A stretch of DNA of 64,000 nt from Infirmifilum sp. (GTDB lineage: Archaea > Thermoproteota > Thermoprotei > Thermofilales > Thermofilaceae). The notes below the pieces were generated by a model, which saw nothing but the letters and a program-made list of their open reading frames with translations, was not told where the DNA came from and did not search any database. Each line of letters opens with the position of its first letter. The stretch's first letter is position 1. The DNA lies in the NCBI GenBank assembly GCA_041287245.1, contig JBEULP010000117.1:256001-320000 (forward strand), in the 5' to 3' direction. This document shows positions 59,049 through 64,000 of this stretch, piece by piece. The translations under genes and the position numbers were made by a program.

Positions 59049-59741
59049 ATGAGGACTCTCTTAGTATTCACGTTTATTACTCTACTCATTGTACCGTTTG
59101 TGTCTGCACAGTGCATTGAACCCTTAGACGCTAGGGCGTTCGAGGTGGTGCTTAACTGTGGGCATGTGCTGGTTAACCCGTCGAAGCTTCAAGCGTGCAC
59201 GCAGGTGGCGCATATTAGCGAATACGTCTTTGCCTACAAGAGCGGCTATGACAAAAGATTTGCAGTCATTATAAGCCTCCAAGAACTACGAGGCTCCAAC
59301 TATAGGTACCCGTGTATCAGGATACAGTTCCTTAATGAATCACTAGCCGGGGTGAGCCGTGAAGATCTAAGGAGGGTTTTAGACATGGAACTGGACAGGT
59401 TGTGTAGTGAAGGCATACTTATAGGCTTAAACGAGAGTCTCAAGGCAAAGATATTAACATACGCCGATTTCGGACTTGCGGGTTGGGATAGGAGGCTTGT
59501 GTGGGACAACGGAGATTTTAAACCATTCAATGAATCTTCTCTATACTACCCCCCTAGAGGCTGTCTTGTGCCTCAAATATCCGACTATTCAACATTGCCG
59601 ACTTGGAGCGGCTCACAGGAAGCCACGGCTCTTTTACTCATTCTCCTCCTTCTCACAGGCCTACTTCTCCTCGTGGGAGTATACACGCTAAGGAGGAAAA
59701 ATTTATCTAGGAAGGCAAGCTCTATTAGTGGAGGAAAATGA
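59049..59741 (+). CDS. Exported Cys-containing protein with C-terminal membrane anchor
   Basis: Signal peptide, mature start AQCIEPLDARAFEVVLN, GLAGWDRRL, C-terminal TM + RRK. Confidence 0.7.
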   Translation: MRTLLVFTFITLLIVPFVSAQCIEPLDARAFEVVLNCGHVLVNPSKLQACTQVAHISEYVFAYKSGYDKRFAVIISLQELRGSNYRYPCIRIQFLNESLAGVSREDLRRVLDMELDRLCSEGILIGLNESLKAKILTYADFGLAGWDRRLVWDNGDFKPFNESSLYYPPRGCLVPQISDYSTLPTWSGSQEATALLLILLLLTGLLLLVGVYTLRRKNLSRKASSISGGK

Positions 59742-60253
59742 TAGAAGTTTTAGGGTTTTGGGACTCGGTTCTTTTCGTGTTAATAGGCGTTTTCACCGCC
59801 CTTTGGGGTACTCGCCTTGCCCGTCTAACAGCATCTCTTGTCTTTGGTTTTTCCCTAGGCTACATCTTTTACGCGTATACCACTCCTACCTTGAAGGCAA
59901 CCCTTACCCCTCTTGTTCTTTTTCTCCTCGGCTTTATTGTAGGTGGAATGATAGGCTTTGCAGCCTTCAAAATTGTAGTATCTCTCCTAACAGGATACAT
60001 ACTTACAGACCTCCTGGTAGCCACTGGTTATATTGCCAATAAAGAGACAGCTCTTGTGGTTCTCTCACTGGCCTTCGCGGCCATCTTATATGCATTAATG
60101 GATAAGATTCTAGCGTTTGGTTTTTCGGCTCTGGGAGCTGGATTAGTCTACATGGGACTGGCCTCCGCCGGAGTAAACCCTCAAATCTCCTTACTGGTTG
60201 GAGCTCTCCTCTTCATAATAGGCCTGGTAAACCAAACAAAAGGTCTCTTCTAA
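59738..60253 (+). CDS. DUF4203/TMEM198-like membrane protein
   Basis: 6 Gly-rich TM segments; ATGA overlap with upstream gene. Confidence 0.6.
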   Translation: MIEVLGFWDSVLFVLIGVFTALWGTRLARLTASLVFGFSLGYIFYAYTTPTLKATLTPLVLFLLGFIVGGMIGFAAFKIVVSLLTGYILTDLLVATGYIANKETALVVLSLAFAAILYALMDKILAFGFSALGAGLVYMGLASAGVNPQISLLVGALLFIIGLVNQTKGLF

Positions 60254-60427
60254 CGCGTCGAGTTAATCCCTGTGTGCCTTAAGGGGCTCTTTGAAACAAC
60301 ATAACGTTACGCCAATTAATTCTTTTAGTCCTGGGCTCGCAGGGGCAGCTCAGATTTATTCTCACGGCCCTGGGCACGCATGATTTCCTATGTAAAAATT
60401 TTTTAGAAAGTATTTTACTTTAAAGAT

Positions 60428-62224
60428 GTGAACACGAGTTATTCGAAGATAATTCCCAATGTGGAGGAGCTAACACCACAGCTTTTCCGAGAGACGTTTA
60501 AACGCATCGTCGAGTTAAAGACCCGAGCGGGGCTAAAAGCAATCTTAGACAACCCTTCGGATCTCCGTGAGAGGGCAAGACAATACGCCACCGAGTATAG
60601 CAACAATGCCCTCGGCTGGGCCAGCAACATATGGAGCAGATCGGCTGCAAACACTGTAATCATAAACAGCGACGACGAGCTTAAACCAGAGCACAAGCAA
60701 TTAATGCTTAGAGTCCTAGAGCATATCCTAGCCCAAGGTCCTCTGATAAAAGTGGATGGTTACTATGGTCGCCCGGGAACAAAGGTTCAAATGCACACCC
60801 GAGTATACGTCGACCCGCAGTTTCCAGACCTGGCGTACAGGTGGAAACAGCTTGTCTTTCCAGCCCCCTCCGACGGGCAGCCAGACGCCGAGCTTTTCGT
60901 GATACCTCACTACCTCGGCAACCCATTCATACCCGGCACGAACAGGTTAATGGCTATTCTAGTATTTCCGCACCACAACCTATCAATAATAACCCTCTCA
61001 AGCTATCAAGGCGAGATCAAGAAAGGCGCTCTAAGACACTGGATCTTCCACGCTTACAAGAAAGGTTGCACAGGTGAGCACGCCGCGCTTAGAGAATTCA
61101 CCGTGAAGACTGTGAACGAAGAGTGGAGAAGAATCACGCTCGTCATCTGGGGACTGACAGGCTCAGGGAAATCCACTCATGGCTTTTATACCTGGACAGA
61201 GAGAAACGCCCCAATCTACGTGGATAAATTCGGGGTCAACCCACTTGAGTACGTCAGGGATCAGAAGATTAGAAATGACGACATCGTTGCGATTTGTGAA
61301 GACCGTGTGTACGGCTCGGAGAGGGGTGCTTGGGTTAAAACAGAGGATCTTACCCCTGAGCAGGAGGCTATGTGGAAAGCTTGCATAAGCCCGAGAGCAC
61401 TTCACGAGAACACCGAGTTTGACAGCCAGGGACTCCCCAGCTTCGAGGGTGTTCTGTTCCAGTATTTCGGAATGCCTAACAGGAACGCCAGGTCTGTGGT
61501 CTATCTCGACGACACGGGCTACTTCGACGGCCAGGTCGACTCAGACGGTCCTATGAATACAGCCGTGTTCCTCTCCCCAGGATACTTCACAGACTATGCG
61601 TGGGTCAAGTTGAACACGCCGGAAATCATAGCCAAGGCTCTGGCCGACGGGAGGACCGTTGGTCACCCTGCACAGGCAAGGGAGCTCGTCGGTAAAGTCA
61701 GATTCGTCCCACGCTACTCGGAGTTTACCATAGGCGTTGGAGACGATGCCCATGTTATAAGGTTCTACGAGTTTCTGAGAAGGTGGGAAGAGAGGGGGCA
61801 CAAAGTAGATGTTTATATGTGGAATACTACTGGAAGGATTGTCGCCCAGTATAGATGGGGGGAAGTTAAGGTCGGCGACAGGACTCTTAAAATGCCTGAG
61901 CCGGTTCTACAGATGCGGGACGGGGTGCCTAAACCTGTCGGGGGAACGAGGCCGGCGATTGAGGAGACAGAGTTTTTCCTGCTTCAGGCCACCAGGGGCG
62001 CGGTTAAGTGGAAACCTCATCCCGTTTGGGGCGAGAGAGTACTTGTACCTGCGGAAGTACCAGGGATACCTTCGGATAGGCTGAGAGAGCTTGACCCCAC
62101 TAACTATCTCTCAATGGATGAGTTCCGGGAATTGCTATGGGCACAGGTGGAGTATAGCAAAATAGTGTTACAGCAGCTTGGGCTTAAACTGCCGGAGGAA
62201 ATCCTACACGCGATGGATTTCTAA
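60428..62224 (+). CDS. Phosphoenolpyruvate carboxykinase, divergent ATP-type-like
   Basis: YQGEIKKG, HAA, WGLTGSGKST, NDD, GSERGAWVKT, ENT, NAR. Confidence 0.8.
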   Translation: MNTSYSKIIPNVEELTPQLFRETFKRIVELKTRAGLKAILDNPSDLRERARQYATEYSNNALGWASNIWSRSAANTVIINSDDELKPEHKQLMLRVLEHILAQGPLIKVDGYYGRPGTKVQMHTRVYVDPQFPDLAYRWKQLVFPAPSDGQPDAELFVIPHYLGNPFIPGTNRLMAILVFPHHNLSIITLSSYQGEIKKGALRHWIFHAYKKGCTGEHAALREFTVKTVNEEWRRITLVIWGLTGSGKSTHGFYTWTERNAPIYVDKFGVNPLEYVRDQKIRNDDIVAICEDRVYGSERGAWVKTEDLTPEQEAMWKACISPRALHENTEFDSQGLPSFEGVLFQYFGMPNRNARSVVYLDDTGYFDGQVDSDGPMNTAVFLSPGYFTDYAWVKLNTPEIIAKALADGRTVGHPAQARELVGKVRFVPRYSEFTIGVGDDAHVIRFYEFLRRWEERGHKVDVYMWNTTGRIVAQYRWGEVKVGDRTLKMPEPVLQMRDGVPKPVGGTRPAIEETEFFLLQATRGAVKWKPHPVWGERVLVPAEVPGIPSDRLRELDPTNYLSMDEFRELLWAQVEYSKIVLQQLGLKLPEEILHAMDF

Positions 62225-62270
62225 TCTCGAAGAGAGAAATTTTAATGTTGGAATCAATCTACATAAAGAT

Positions 62271-62807
62271 ATGAAAGCGCGGGAACTAGCCTTAGCAAGC
62301 GTTATAGCAGCGCTCTACGCCATTACAGTCTACCTGTTCCCGATGATCTCTTTCCTCCTATGGCAGGTAAGAATCGCAGATGCCTTAATGCCTCTTTCGA
62401 TGACCCTAGGTTATCCTGCTGTTTTGGGTCTAACCATAGGGTGTTTTCTCGGAAACATCCTCGCCGCCCCCTGGGGCTCGTCTTTTCTTAACTTTTTAGA
62501 TGCAACCCTTGGGAGCCTCATAAACCTTGTAGCAGGGTGGTTAGGCTACAAGCTCGGCTACAGGGCGGAAAGAAGGAGGCGGGTAACTGTAGCCCTGGCA
62601 CAGGCGATAATCGTATCTGTGGGGGTTGGAAGTTACCTCAAGTACTTGCTGCTTTGGGCTTTTAACACGGACATCCCATTTCTAATATCGATTCTCGGAG
62701 TTCTCCCAGGCTCGTTAATTTCTATAGTGGTAGTGGGGCTTCCGCTTTCACTAGCTGTTCAAAGAGCACTGGAGGGTTCGGGTGAAAAGCTTTTTTCGAA
62801 GGTTTAA
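62271..62807 (+). CDS. QueT-family transporter (S-component-like)
   Basis: IAALYAIT, QVRIADAL, GLTIGCFLGN; ATG 62271. Confidence 0.82.
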   Translation: MKARELALASVIAALYAITVYLFPMISFLLWQVRIADALMPLSMTLGYPAVLGLTIGCFLGNILAAPWGSSFLNFLDATLGSLINLVAGWLGYKLGYRAERRRRVTVALAQAIIVSVGVGSYLKYLLLWAFNTDIPFLISILGVLPGSLISIVVVGLPLSLAVQRALEGSGEKLFSKV

Positions 62808-62873
62808 CAGTTGCTTCCTTGGATACCTGGGAAAAAGTAATGTTATTAGCCGTCTAAGGTTATCTGAGATGGT

Positions 62874-63734
62874 ATGTCTGTAATTGACTCTACAAGGCCT
62901 GTGCGTCTCTCTCTGATACCGAGGTATATCTTCCCGCTTTTAATAATGGGTAGCTGTGCCACAGGCATCATAAACGGTATTGCCCTATATATCCCCTTAA
63001 TTCTACTCGGTCTTTATTCCTTGTTTTCCCTGGAGCTGGGGTGGAGCGAAAGATTCTTTACACTCGGTTTTTATGTCTATGTGCTGGCACTTTATACTCT
63101 CGGCTTCTCAACGCTCATGGACGCTGTATTCCTAGCCTCCCTGATAGTGGCTCCGATAAACCTCGTTACAGTCGAGGTTGAAAGGCTTTTCTACGAGTAC
63201 CGTCTCACGCGGAGCTCTCTGGAAATCAGGGGCATAAGGCAAAACTCTTTTCTACCGCGTCTAACTGTTCAACATGTCCCCCTGTACCTTATCAATGAGG
63301 TTAAATTGGGCACGCCATTCCTTGCGCGTCTCTTCAAGCTAAAATACGTAAACGTCTATGTCTGCACGCCCACAGGCCCCCTTTCGCTGAGAGGGGTGAG
63401 TCAAGGCCCATTCCTCGAAACGCTTTCTCAATTGGTAAAAGAGGTTTCCTTACCTCACGTTACTAGCAAAACAGCAACGCTACACTCCGCCGGGAAAGGC
63501 TTTGATGTAAAGGGTTCCTTCGAACTTGAGTCTGCGCGCGAACCACTCGCAAGGTTCTACCAATTCCTGATGTACTTCACACATGCTTTCAACGCTACAC
63601 TCTCACTTTCCAGCGGCGACAGAGCCAACTGGGGGGACTCAACATATAAGCTTAAAAGCGCTGATGACACACTTGAACAAAAAGAAGGACAAAGAAAGGG
63701 AAAAATGAGAAACCGTATCGAGAGGTTGCTCTAG
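62874..63734 (+). CDS. Membrane protein with bacterial PH (bPH_2-like) domain
   Basis: 3-4 TM then YRLTRSSLEI...VPLYLINEV...FLARLF pattern. Confidence 0.55.
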   Translation: MSVIDSTRPVRLSLIPRYIFPLLIMGSCATGIINGIALYIPLILLGLYSLFSLELGWSERFFTLGFYVYVLALYTLGFSTLMDAVFLASLIVAPINLVTVEVERLFYEYRLTRSSLEIRGIRQNSFLPRLTVQHVPLYLINEVKLGTPFLARLFKLKYVNVYVCTPTGPLSLRGVSQGPFLETLSQLVKEVSLPHVTSKTATLHSAGKGFDVKGSFELESAREPLARFYQFLMYFTHAFNATLSLSSGDRANWGDSTYKLKSADDTLEQKEGQRKGKMRNRIERLL

Positions 63735-63746
63735 AGGTGAGGGCTC

Positions 63747-64000
63747 ACGTCAAACATCACCGATGAAAAGGTGAAAAAGGTCTTCGGAGAATACGCCGTG
63801 GACAAGCGTCTCACAAGAGTGAGTAATGTCAGCCGAATACCAGCCTTCATAGCCGAATTTCTAATAGGACAGTTATGCCCTAAGCCGAGTGGCAAGTGCT
63901 TAGAGGAGGTTGGACGCAAAGTAAACGAGCTCTATCCGGATCCGAGATCAAGGGAGCTCTTCCTAGGAAAGCTAAAGGAGGAGGGACAAATAAAACTGCT
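63747..64000 (+). CDS. BrxL-like (BREX Lon-like) protein N-terminus, truncated by window edge
   Basis: Manual translation: (T/M)SNITDEKVKKVFGEYAVDKRLTRVSNVSRIPAFIAEFLIGQLCPKPSGKCLEEVGRKVNELYPDPRSRELFLGKLKEEGQIKL; resembles recalled BrxL N-terminus; open to window end; first canonical start GTG 63771. Confidence 0.65.

Noticed and set aside
1..64000. tRNA, rRNA, CRISPR arrays, transposases or integrases
   Set aside because: No T-loop/cloverleaf pattern, regularly spaced repeats or transposase/integrase motifs seen by eye; a tRNAscan-SE/CRISPR scan would confirm.

Overview
Gene-dense archaeal chromosomal segment with about 64 CDS. TATA-led, often leaderless starts, GAGGTG-type SD sites, Alba, tungsten AORs and a minimal Suf pair suggest a hyperthermophilic Thermoproteota, probably Thermofilaceae (inference). 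Most content is housekeeping, metabolic or transport: two AOR-family oxidoreductases with 4Fe-4S partners, MoeB/MobB, Sua5, Prx, ECF, two ABC exporters, SufC/SufB, HypC/HypE, AsnRS-like Asn synthetase and PEPCK. I saw no tRNA, rRNA, CRISPR array or IS. Highlights: (1) a nurA-herA-mre11-rad50 operon whose Rad50-like ATPase has no cysteine, hence no zinc hook, and instead has a two-helix hydrophobic hairpin at the coiled-coil apex, suggesting a membrane-tethered DNA end-processing machine; (2) a PLP enzyme + DUF1611/DgcN + MurL/QueC-like PP-loop operon that could be an undescribed D-glutamate epimerisation route; (3) a CBS-HPF/RaiA fusion (ribosome hibernation factor candidate); (4) an intergenic C/D-box sRNA absent from the ORF track; (5) a truncated BrxL-like gene at the right edge with a possible ACG start; (6) several degenerate enzyme homologues and membrane-linked regulators. 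All family calls come from motif recognition by eye, not database searches.
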